Shown: positions 1 through 10,710 of the stretch, piece after piece | Layout of the letters: every line of letters starts with the position of its first letter | How positions within the stretch are numbered: the stretch's first letter is position 1 | Source of the DNA: Utricularia gibba | Lineage: Eukaryota; Plantae; Magnoliophyta | Assembly: GCA_002189035.1 (NCBI GenBank) | Contig: NEEC01000014.1 | Location: 806,001 to 870,000, forward strand | Reading direction: 5' to 3' | DNA: 64,000 nt | Translations under genes and position numbers: made by a program | Notes under the pieces: generated by a model | What the model saw: the letters and a program-made list of their open reading frames with translations, nothing else | What the model was told of the DNA's origin: nothing | Database searches by the model: none

Positions 1-105
1 AAACTTTGGAAGCGGATATGGTCTCAAAGCAGAGGAATCCTTGGAGCTCTCTTCACCAGCTAACTGAAAGTCCTGTCCTTCGAAGTCATTTTCATTGTAG
101 TCCAT
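1..105 (-). CDS. Agenet/Tudor-domain protein G2484-1/SWOLLEN1-like, N-terminal 35 aa (gene continues beyond window start)
   Basis: Manual translation from ATG at 105 gives MDYNENDFEGQDFQLAGEESSKDSSALRPYPLPKF, matching the recalled N-terminus of Arabidopsis At4g17330 (MDYDDSDFQNQNLHLAGE...LQPYALPKF). A 5'UTR intron acceptor (ttcag) lies at 116-117. Not in the ORF track. Confidence 0.75.
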   Translation of the reverse strand, partial: MDYNENDFEGQDFQLAGEESSKDSSALRPYPLPKF

Positions 106-870
106 TGGTATGTCCCTGAAATTCGCACAAACTCATTATGGAAATTTGAAACCGCTGCTATGATACATCAACACAGGTTCCATCTGCTTAGATAATCATA
201 ATACCGATGTGGGACCAAGCTAAGTTGTCAAATTACACAAAAACCTGCTCAACTAATCACATCTTCGATAACATGTCGAGCCAAAAATTCCCTATGCTGA
301 AACAGACAACTTAGAAATTCTAGGAATACGGGAAGTGAATCAGGCGTTCCACACCAGTATTAGCTGCCATAGGTTCCAGAAACACCCCAAACACAACACC
401 CACCAACACTAGAACACGAAAAAAATCATCAACAGCCTCGACCACAAGCACCGCACGAAAAGGGTATCTCATGAACGTATCCATAGTGAAACAACAAAAA
501 ATAAAAGAGGAAATGAAGAGTACCAGAAGAAATGAGTGTAGAGACGCTACCTCCATCCATCCGAAGGCGAAAAGCTCACCTTTAATCCTCTCTCAAATCA
601 ACAGCCACACAGCACCAACACCTTCCTTCATAACCCTAGCGACTCCAATTCTTGCTCCACAAAACCAAAAGAAACACCGCCTTCCACCTCAATAAACCAA
701 AATCCAAGCCCCCAGAACTATGAACTCCAACCCAGAGAGCACTAACGACTTCTGCGAGAACGGGTGCCGCGCGCGAAGCTTGCGTCAGGGAAAGAAGAAA
801 AACCACTACACTTCCCCAAAATCAATGCACTAAAAGGGACACATCGGCATCAGTGTTTATGTTTAGTTAA

Positions 871-960
871 TGGGGGCAGTCCTGGTAAACACAGAAGGAT
901 TAACTTGTCCAATTCGAAATACTAGTGGGGGCAGTTCCGGTAAAACAAAAGATTAGCTTA
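871..960. repeat. Imperfect ~35-bp direct repeat (TGGGGGCAGT(C/T)C(T/C)GGTAAA...GATTA) in the divergent promoter region
   Basis: Copies start at 871 and 926 (55-bp period). Confidence 0.7.
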
Positions 961-1343
961 TTATTAGTTATTAGAATTAATAAAATATTTAGTAATTAAT
1001 TTACAGAGTTAATATATTGACTATTAATTTATAACCTAACTAAAAAAAAGAAAAATGAAACAAAGAAGACGGGGAGGGAACTTGACGGCGGGCGAGATGA
1101 GATGAAGCTGTTCGAGAGATGAAAAGAGGAGCAGGAAAAGGGAATTGAAAGAGAACCCATTTTGTTTGGTCTCAACAATATTGGACGCAAGTGAATCGAT
1201 CGATCTATCGATCTATAATGCCGGTAAGCACAATCCCTTTTGATGCGATGGCCGGATCCAAATGTATAGGATTCGATTGGTAGGGATTTTTGTATCACGA
1301 AAGATTTGAATTTGACTTGATGCAGTTTAGGAGCGGTGTGTTT

Positions 1344-1481
1344 ATGGAGGTTGAGTCTCCGAGCATCATGAGGTTTTTGATCGGAGCTGTGATAATGATC
1401 CTGGGTGTGGTGTTTCCTGTGGGCTATATGATGTCTCGGAACAAAAGAGTTCCTTCGACTTCTTACTCCAAACAGACGTAG
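1344..1481 (+). CDS. Small (45 aa) single-pass membrane protein of unknown function
   Basis: MEVESPSIMRFLIGAVIMILGVVFPVGYMMSRNKRVPSTSYSKQT: one hydrophobic helix followed by a basic tail. An acceptor (tttag) lies at 1329-1330 upstream, and a GT donor follows the TAG stop directly (TAG|GTGTGC). Confidence 0.7.
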   Translation: MEVESPSIMRFLIGAVIMILGVVFPVGYMMSRNKRVPSTSYSKQT

Positions 1482-2158
1482 GTGTGCTTTTCTCACATGA
1501 TTAGATAACCATTCATGATTTTTTGAATGGTTCAGTTTTTAAATCGATATTGGGTGGTTTATGCTTCTGATTGGTTCTGCGCGTGGTGAATCGTTTGACT
1601 GTTGGGAAATTTGCTATCTTGATATGGCTGCGCTGGGAAAGGTAGCATTTTGGCTTATTGGTTTTGGATTGAATGCATATGTAGGGACAAGGTTTTGATC
1701 TGAGCAGTTCAGGGTGGCTGGAGATCACATTTTCAACATTTGAAGACGGCTACTTGATTTGTAGTATATGTAGGAGTTCAAGAAATCAAGCAACCTAGTT
1801 TGAATTGAGGATTAATTAACAAGGTACTCTGAGAACCATATAGATTTCAACAAAATACTCGAATGCTTTGATAAAAAAGCATGTTCATTTTCAGAACCTT
1901 CGCCCTGAAAATCTGTTCCGCTGGATTCTTCAATCTTGCATATCTTACATTTGTATGAATGCTATGGTTGAATCTTATGAAATACATTGTTTTGCATACT
2001 TCTGGTAGGTGGTGAATTCTAAATGAACTCTATGCTGTCCTGATTAGTTGTCATGCTTCTATCAATCATACAAATATTAAGGTAAAAAGACGAGTTTAAG
2101 ATTTTGTCAAAAGCAAAAAAACATATCTAGGATTCAGGGTTTTGCCGGCAACATGTTT

Positions 2159-3206
2159 CTATATCTTCCTAAGAAGAAGAAACAACCTCTGATCTACATT
2201 GAATTTCTTCATCTTCATGAGCTCACCCTTGAGCATTAGCTGAAGGCCCCCGAATGAAATATACACCACACTGTATGGAATATCAATCAGAACAGGGTTT
2301 AGCATCATGATCCATTGAAACACACAACAATACAACAACAAAATTCAGCTCCATCTACTTACATTCGAATATCATAGCTGCTTTCATCATTCTTGTCTTT
2401 AGCCTCCGACATCTTGTACACAAGACCGTGCATGACATACTCGAATTTATCGGCCAGCGACTTTACTTCACCCTAAACAGAGGGAACACGGATGATATGT
2501 AACAGAAAACTCAAGCTAAATACCCTATCAGGAATGACTTCATTGGCTGCATGCTATTCGGGGATAAGGGTGTGATCACTTTCAGTCAAATACACACCTG
2601 AAAGCAGCCAAAACATTGAAAAGCTAGACTGAAGAAGGGGTTTTACAAAGTTTTACTCTGTAGAAGTCTTAGTAACAGTTCCCAACAAGCCAAAACTAGC
2701 ACAAGCACCACTGTTTGTCGACTAAAGCGTAAGGCAATTTGATCAACAACAGAAGGATTTATAAAATGCGGCGTCACCTTCAAGATCTCAAAGATATTTA
2801 CTTTTGCTTCAAAAAGGCACTTCACTTGTAAATTTTGAGAACTATCTATCACCAAAAGCAACCCAGAAAAGTAAATGCACCTCAGATGATCCATCCATGC
2901 GTAGCGTGTCTGATATGACCATCCGATACTTGTCTCCGGGGTGCATAGGGTAGAGCTCAGTGTGCACATCTAGCTCTAAATAAAAATCTTTATCTTCACT
3001 CTCTCCAATCATTCTGGAAACTGACATGCAAACCACAAGAAAACTTTCAGCCAAAACCAAAATGTTTTCCTAACATGCTGAATACAGAGCAACATGCAAG
3101 ACATATTGCAGATTAAAAAAAAATCTTTCCACTTACCCTTGTCGTACACAACTTGGTTATCGAACTTTACCACATTGACTATCTCATCAAAGAAGAAACT
3201 GTCCAT
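2159..3206 (-). CDS. RPB8: RNA polymerase common subunit RPB8/RPABC3, divergent copy (~143 aa)
   Basis: Exons 3206-3137, 3020-2881, 2472-2363 and 2270-2159 join in frame with GT-AG introns. Motifs LELDVHTELYPM, SLADKFEYVMHG and YISFGGLQLMLKG...DQRLFLLLRKI are RPB8-typical. A micro-exon between exons 2 and 3 cannot be excluded. Confidence 0.9.
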
Positions 3207-3784
3207 TGTGAATGCCAACGGAGAACGCTATCTGCAAGGTGTAAAATTCAGCTGCCGTATGGCCTTGTTTCTTCATTTTTAGTGCAGAAAACATAATTCA
3301 GAACATAATTCAAAGAAAGACGTTGAAAAAAAGCAGATTGAGCGGCACGACGTCAAAGACCAAAAATCCGGACCCCGGCCCAAATCAAAACGTTTAAGAT
3401 TGCTCCTTTCAGCAGTTCATCTGAACTCCTCAGAAGATTCTTGCACTAACCCAGCCTCTCCCTTTTTACTAACTATCGCGTCAATGTCTTCTCCATGAAA
3501 CCAAAAGAATAACGGAAACCAAGAGTGGCTGGCTAATAAACACCACCAAATAATACCAACGACGACCACAATGGAGAAAACTTTTTACCGGAGAAGACGA
3601 CGGACAATGGGCTGAGCAGCGGAAGAAGCGCAAAATGAAAAATCATTAATATAAATTCGGGTAGGGTTTATACTGATTAATTATTTCAAGAATATGTTTG
3701 AATTTTACCCGATCTTCAATCCTATTGGTCCACGTCGGATATCTAAGAGATTGTCAACCGTTGATGGGTCAAGATGATACAATC

Positions 3785-3862
3785 GGCCCAAAAAGAAAAG
3801 CTTTTTCACCCCCAGGGGCCTAAACCCTAGCTGCCTATAAATAAATAAGCCATAAACCCTAA
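3785..3862 (+). promoter_or_regulatory. Site II element, two telo-boxes and a TATA box upstream of the NFD6-like gene (shared divergent promoter with RPB8)
   Basis: GGCCCA at 3785-3790, AAACCCTAG at 3822-3830, CTATAAATA at 3835-3843, AAACCCTAA at 3854-3862; another GGCCCA at 3377-3382 on the RPB8 side. Confidence 0.7.
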
Positions 3863-3894
3863 TTCACTCGATTGCACGCCGTCGCTTCATTTCA

Positions 3895-6225
3895 ATGGCG
3901 TCGAGATGCGGCTTGCCTTGCCGGAGGGTGTCCGTTTCAACTCTCGTGTCCACCATTTGCGGAAAAAATTCTTTCTCGCTCAATAAATCGGCGACGAGAT
4001 CTATTCCTAAGCCGTCTCTGGATTCGAAAGCAACCTCTTCGAGCATTCGCCGCTTTTTACTTTCAAGGTATCCCGTGTTTTGTTTAAGGTTTCGTTGAGA
4101 CGTATAGTGGATTGCCTAATTTGGTTGTTTTGTTGGTGGATTCACGTTAGGTCACCTGTGGAGTTGGCAGGCATGGCGACGTTGTTACCACTGCACAATG
4201 CTGTGGCGAATGCGAGGATGACGTCGTGCTTGAGCCCATCATCTCGTTGTTGTCGGGCTCTTTCTCAGGGTACACTCTGCTGCACTTCCCCAGATCTCTA
4301 GTATGTTTTAATAATCTTTTACTTGTTTGTTCTTCATGCTGTATCTGCTTAAATTCGCACCTTTTATTTTCAGTTTTACCTTTTTGAAAAAAATCATTCA
4401 TGTTTCTTTCATGGGGATGTGTCTGTTTTTGGTGTTTGAAACGCTTTTTTAAGTTTTCGTGTTGGATCAGATGGGATTGAGTGAGTACTGTGATGTATGT
4501 TTTGTTCAAAGATAGTTTTTTTTAACCGGCGGTAGCCCACAAAATAAGTTATATATAGTTAAGAGCGTTTTTTTTAATTTATCTAATGTTTTGATGCCAT
4601 AGCTTGCATCTTCTTGCTTTTTAAGGTCTTTTAGTTGTAGGATGCCTCTTGGTCCTAGACATCCCCTATTTTCTTTTTAATAATTGGAATGTGTTTTGAT
4701 TCAACAGCACGTTTATACACCTACCCACCATTTTCTCATCCAGCAGTTAACTGATCGAAATGCCTGCTCTTCTACTCGCTGTGCACTAGACGTTTAGGTA
4801 TACCCATGTGCCTTCATAATCCCAAATAAGCTCAACAATGTTTATTTGATTCATGGGAGGCCAAGATCAAGGATGGGAGCTCGCTGATAACACTTCTAAT
4901 TCTGTAGAGGTGTTTGAATAGTAACTCGCCTTACATATGACCACTTAAAAATGGAAACATCATAGCACCCTTTCCTTCTATCATGTGATTTATTGCCCTC
5001 GTCACTTAGTTATGCCACACTCTTCCTAAACTCCTTGGAGAAGGTCTCAAACTGATCAGCACAATGATGTAGGCCATGAAAACCTTTCTGCTCACGTTTG
5101 ATTCAGTTTTAATTTGATCTGCTTGGTCAATTGCCTACATCAAAAACAACTTTCGTATTGGCAATCTCCTGTGGGGTCAAAATGTCAAAACTTGCAACTG
5201 ACCGAGATATTTGACTCCTGCAGGCACATGAGTTTCCAATGCATGAAAGTACACAGGAATCTTACAAGGTGTAACATTATGCTCAAGAATAAACACTTGG
5301 TTTTGTTTCAAGCAAATTTAACTTTCAGTGGTGACTATGCCATTACAATGAATCCCAGCTTTTCTCCCACATCACCGTTTAGCGCATAAGTTATGTCTAC
5401 TTTTTGGGTTATGTATAGAGGCCCCAGTGAGTAACTTCAAATATTTCATCATTGTATTCAAAGCAGTTCAAGTGTCTTTGGATGAGTATGGAATGTCTTT
5501 TGTAGATATTAGTTTGTTTTTTCACTATTTCTGTAAGTGTTAACACTTGATGATGTACAAATGATGTGGTCCTTCAGAAATAAAGATATCAGTCTTGACT
5601 AATGTTTTTGCTGAATAAATTATGATCTTCTTTTCCATGTTTGATTTTTTTTTTCTTTTTTATTCTTGTGCGTTGTTAAACTGGTGGGCAGTTGGTTGCT
5701 TCTGATTATGATTTTTTTTCTAATTTATTCGAGTGGTTTGCACATGCATCTCAAATATATGTCTCAACCTTTTAAAGCTTAGAGTCTTACATCGGTTAGG
5801 AAAGAAAAAATACTTCGTTGAAAGGTGGATTGCTAGGATTATTCATCCTTATCGTATTATATTTGGTTTAACGGCCTTGGTAACAAAGTTTTCCTTTTCT
5901 TCAGATGAAAATGATGGAACGTGAGATTTTTTTCAAGAGGTGTTGACTTAATACTCTGTTCTAGAGATGGTCTTCAAGATACCTTTGATATATGCTACAA
6001 CCAGATATTTGCTTGGTTCTAGATTAGTGTTACATTTTAGATCATTGTACATTTTTACCCAGGTGTATTAAGAAGTTCGGAATCCTGTGTAGCGCATGAA
6101 TCCTTGATTGTTTATATCCTGTTAATATTGTTCATTTTCTTTTGAAAGTGCTGTTCCCCGGCTCTCAACTGACATCAATTGGTTTCTTTCTTGCATTAGA
6201 GCTCGGCTTGTCAGTTCCAAGGTGA
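3895..6225 (+). CDS. NUCLEAR FUSION DEFECTIVE 6-like organellar small protein with alternative terminal exons
   Basis: Exon 1 is 3895-4067 (S/R-rich transit peptide). Exon 2 from 4151 encodes RSPVELAGMATLLPLHNAVANARMTSCLS...ALSQG, the NFD6-family core. Possible ends: 4301 (GTLCCTSPDL*), or via the donor at 4270 to 5905-5924 (DENDGT*) or 6200-6225 (ELGLSVPR*). Confidence 0.8.
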
Positions 6226-6956
6226 TAGATGCTATTAGCTGACTTGAACTTGGAAAGTGGGAGTTACATCTGTCCATCCCAACATTCTACTTTTGTGCCG
6301 TACTCTTTAGAGTAGACCTGAAGGGAAATTCATTGAATCCTCATTGTCATCATCTTCAGGATTGTATACACTGTGGTGAAGCATATTTCATTTGTTCTAA
6401 TAATCATGATGTCACTAACACTCATCTGTTGCGTTTTCCATTTTGAAGAATCAAGAGTTTGTTTGGGATATCCCTGTTGTAGTTGTTCTTGCATATTTCC
6501 CTGTGTGGCACCATTTTCAGTTAACCATGAAGCTGTTTTATCCTGCATTTTTTACACTTCCCCGAAACGTGTTTTAAACTTGCGAAATATGGAGATGAAT
6601 AAATACCATGAAGTTATTACGAAATAAACAACTGTGTTGACATTTTCTAAGTGTATGTTATGCACAACTTTTTGTCAAATAAATTTTATTTCTTTTTAAA
6701 AAAAATTAGAAGTAACATTGATTGTAGAATAATAGTTCATTTTTCTTCTCTTTTTTTTTTTAAATCTCATTCTACTATAATCTTTTTCTTTGAAAAATAA
6801 GAAGTTACATTTGATCTACTTCTCATTCTACTTCTTTTTAATTAATTCTCATTCTAAAAAAAATAGAATATATTATAAAAAAATCATCCAGAACAAGTTC
6901 TAAACTCTGATACAAAAAGCATTAGTGTTTCCAAACATCGATGCCATTACAGGGAA

Positions 6957-7390
6957 AGTCAACCTACTACTAGGAGAAATAGAGCTTGATTGGTTCGTTA
7001 GTTGTAGCTTGCTACGAAGAGAAAGCATGACTTATCAACAAATTTTATCTTCGACGCCTCAGAGAAGACAATGGCTCCTCCGTCGTCGGCGGTAGGGTTC
7101 AAGTTTTCCCAGTGCTGTGCGGATATGCTTGTTGACGCATAAGTTGACTAGATTATTTGGGTCAATACAGCGGTCTTGAAACGGAACCTCCGCTGTAGCT
7201 GACGCACCGGCTCCGATGGGCACTCAAAGCATATGATGATTCTCCGAGGTCGCCGGTAGCTTCGATCTAGTTATGGCGCGCTGACCAATTCGCAACCTGG
7301 TATCCGGTTCCATTCGCCCGCCGACCTGGTCGTCTCTCTGTTACTTGCGGTCCGTACGCAGACTGTCAAAATGACAAGGTTAATTTGACT
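6957..7390. promoter_or_regulatory. W-box (TTGACY, WRKY-binding) cluster upstream of the NLR
   Basis: AGTCAA 6957-6962, TTGACT 7144-7149, GGTCAA 7160-7165, TTGACT 7385-7390: four sites in ~435 bp, against roughly one per kb expected by chance. Confidence 0.55.
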
Positions 7391-7474
7391 GGTTCCAAGG
7401 TTATAAAGCGAGGCTGCCGGTGTTGCTCATCCAATCATTGTACCCCTGGAAAGCAGTCGTCGCTCCAGCAATCA

Positions 7475-10182
7475 ATGGCGGAAGCAGCGGTCTCCTTCCT
7501 TCTCGAGAACTTGAAGCAGATAGCGGTGCATTATGGCACCCTAATCTCTACTTGCGATTTGGAACTGGGGAATCTGCAAAAGGATTTGGAGGCTATGAAA
7601 TCATTCCTCGAGGACGCAGCGTCTCAGACGAATAAACGAAAAGGCTTCAAAACCTGGGAGAATCGGATCCGCGAGGTCGTCTACAAAATCGAAGACGTTA
7701 TCGATGAATGGGTTATCCAAGCAGCCAACGACCGTTCCAGAAGAATCCAACTCTTTTCGCACCGTGTGGATCTTGCTGAGAAAGTGAGGAGCATTCGCGA
7801 AAACGAAGTGAAGCCTGTGTTCGACAAGGCCAGTTATGAATTCAATACGCTGCCCATGTCCGACGCCGCAAACGAACAATCCAGGAGAGCGGTCGACCGG
7901 ATAAGACAGGTAATTTTTTTGCTGCTACTTCCGATCTTGCATTGCTGATGCATATTTCACTTTTCTAGATTGAACCTCTGGTAGACAAGAAAATAGTAGG
8001 TTTCGAAGATGAAATAGAAAAACTGAAAAGAGTTTTGACAGAAGAGAGTCCAGAAGTTGAGGTTATCTCCATAGTTGGTATGCCTGGTCTTGGGAAGACG
8101 ACGGTAGCATCAAAGATCTACCATGATCGGTCACTTGACTTTGAATTCCCGGCACGGTTATGGATTACCGTCTCCGAAGTGTGGAATCGGAAGGATCTTT
8201 ATCTTAACATTCTGAAGAAGCTCACTACCCACGATATGTCAAACCTGTCTGAGATTCAATTGGCAAGAAAAGTGAGAGAAAATCTTGAGAAAGTAAGGTT
8301 CTTGTTGGTGGCTGATGATGTCTGGACAGACGATGCATGGAAGGACATAAAAGTTGCATTGCCGATGAACAAAGGGTCTTGTAAAGTGCTGATAACAAGC
8401 CGCAATGTTCAGGTTGCTCGCAGTGCAAATCCTCGGAGAGATCCTCATGAGCTTCGATTTCTAACACAAGAGGAAAGCTGGAAGCTACTTCAGATGGAAG
8501 TTTATGGTGGTGAGGGCCAGTGGCCTAGGGACTGTGAATCCATCGGGAAGAAGATAGCAAAGGATTGTGGAGGATTGCCACTTGCACTAGTGGTTGTGGG
8601 AGGGATCCTGGTGAGCAAGATCTCCTCCACACCAGATGCAACAAAGAGTGCTTGGAATAAAATATCCGAGAGTGTTGGAGAGTCCACAATTACACAAGAC
8701 AAAAAAGGGAGTATGGAAAAGATTATAGCTTTGAGTTATGAGAAGTTACCATATACTTTGAGGGATTGTTTCCTTTATTTTGGTGTATTTCCTGAAGACT
8801 TTGAGATTTCAACCTGGAACTTGAAGTGTTTATGGATAGCAGAAGGTTTTGTGAGGGAACAGTACGGGGATTCAAGTGTAGAAGAAGTTGCTGATGAGTA
8901 TATGAAAGAACTTATAAACAGAAATTTAGTAATGGTTGAAAAAAAGAATTATCATGGTGAAGCTAAGACATGTCGTGTACATGATATGATTCGTGAGTTT
9001 TGTAAGAAAGAAGGTGGTCATGAACAGAACTTTGCACAAGAGATCAAGATGCTGAGTTGGCATGGAGTCTTTAAACCTCCTGTTTCAGAGGTAGCCAAAT
9101 TTCGTCGAGTATGTATCCATTATTCAGTTTTGAAATTCTTCCAAGAAAAACCAATTGGACATCATACTCGCTCATTTTTATGCTTCCCAAAGGAGGGTAT
9201 CACTGTGCCATTGGAATGCTTTTCCCAAGTTATGACAGCTTTTCGATTGCTTAGGGTGTTTGCGGGAAACTCTTTGAAATTTCAAAAGTTTCCAGAGAAA
9301 ATAACCCAACTCATTCATCTGAGGTACATTTGTTTGACTGCTGGAGACAACTTCAAAGTTCTTCCGGATGCCATTGGAAAACTTAGGAATTTACAGACTC
9401 TTGTAATCAGTACGTCCTCTCGTACTTTTAAAATTCAAGCAGATATATCATATATGACGGGATTGAGACATTTGAAGATAAAAGGAGCCATCATTTTAAA
9501 CAAAGACAAAAAAGGTGCACCCAACAAGAATCTGCAAACGATGAGTAGATTATCTACCATTAGTTGCAAGGATGAAGTTCTATCCAAGGTTCCCAACCTC
9601 AAACTTTTGGAAATTTATGGAGACCTCGGCACTCTTTTTAACACTGTTAGCTTGCAAGGACTAACCTGTCTCTCTAAGCTGAAGTTGATTTCCGATGTTG
9701 AAGTTGCATCACCAATGCTCTATCTTCCTGAGCCGACATTTTTTCCCCAGAACATGAAGATTCTATCTTTATCAGGCACAGACTTGAAATGGTGTGAAAT
9801 GCGTAAATTGGGAATGCTTTTGAAGTTGGAGGTTTTGAAATTACGAGAGTATGCATTCAAGGGTGAAAAATGGGATGACAGTGGTGACGGTTTTCATTGC
9901 CTTCACTACCTGCAGATCGAACGCACGGATCTAGAAACTTGGACAGCATCCAAATGCTCATTTCCAGCACTTGGAACTCTGGTACTTAGGAACTGTGAGA
10001 AGCTCCATGCTATTCCAATTGAACTAGCAAAAAGTCTTCATACTTTGGACATTGAACGTGTGACCAAGTCCGCAGTGCAATCTGCTTATGATCTCGAGAT
10101 GGAAAAGCAGAAGAATCCAGAAAGGCACTCCAATACAGGAGGCAAGCTTAAACTCATAATTGCTCCTGGAGACTTGAAGTGA
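7475..10182 (+). CDS. CC-NB-ARC-LRR immune receptor of the NRC helper clade (~882 aa)
   Basis: Exons 7475-7909 and 7969-10182 with a 59-nt GT-AG intron after the CC domain. MADA-like N-terminus MAEAAVSFLLENL, EDVID, P-loop GMPGLGKTT, kinase-2 LLVADDVW, DPHELRFLT, GLPLA, MHD-type CRVHD, LQIERTDLETW and C-terminal KLKLIIAP all resemble recalled NRC2/NRC4 sequences. Confidence 0.9.
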
Positions 10183-10710
10183 GCAGCATTTTTCTCTAGT
10201 ATCCGCATTCTTTTATTGATATGTTTGCTAGTTAAGAACTAAGATGAAGCTCACATTTTCCTCCTAAGACCTCTCTCTGATTCCCACAGGGGCATGGAAC
10301 GCTAGAGAGTTGAGCAAATGCTATCAGCACATCTCCTGATTCCCCCCAAAAGATCACTTGCATGTTGTACTTTCTTCTCTATGCCTCTTCTTGTTGGATG
10401 GCATGTTGAGTATGTAATAATTTGATCACAGACTTGTATGAAATAAAAAAAGTTGCATCAGCCCTCTTTTATCTCTGTACAGTGATCTCATAGGTTCCCT
10501 GTGTGGTATAATATCTCTTTTTGTGGTATAATTTGGTAACACTGAAGTAGCAAATCGTGTTTCCTGATACAAAATAATTTCACAGTCTTACATATGAGCT
10601 CTCCTTTTTTTGTAACAACAAGTGCATGCTTATCCTCTGTCTACCTTGAAGATACATAAGATGAACCAACAGAGAAGCGCTCTGAGTCCCAAGCATGCAG
10701 GAGTGTTACT

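Noticed and set aside
205-215. Perfect plant snRNA USE element (GTCCCACATCG) on the minus strand; near match at 28613-28623 on the plus strand
   Set aside because: There is no TATA box at the Pol III (~25 bp) or Pol II (~35 bp) spacing and no U1-U6, U3 or 7SL sequence downstream. The first site lies in a 5'UTR intron.
320-556. 78-aa hydrophobic ORF
   Set aside because: It lies in the predicted 5'UTR/intron of the SWO1-like gene and has T-rich intron composition.
5548-5613. C/D-box snoRNA-like motifs (TGATGA...CTGA) in the NFD6-like intron
   Set aside because: No terminal stem and no recognisable rRNA or snRNA antisense element; such motifs are common in AT-rich introns.
6700-6860. Local AT-rich duplications (also ~22840-23005) resembling MITE remnants
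   Set aside because: No terminal inverted repeats or target-site duplications could be identified.
7071-7142. Short ORF MAPPSSAVGFKF..., superficially like a NAC N-terminus
   Set aside because: It stops after 23 codons, lacks the HPTDEEL core and has no further NAC exons.
8074-8095. NLR P-loop region resembling a miR5300/miR482-type target (GTTGGTATGCCTGGTCTTGGGA)
   Set aside because: Against my recalled miR5300 sequence there are three mismatches, two in the seed. This host's miRNA repertoire is unknown, so the match is unsupported.
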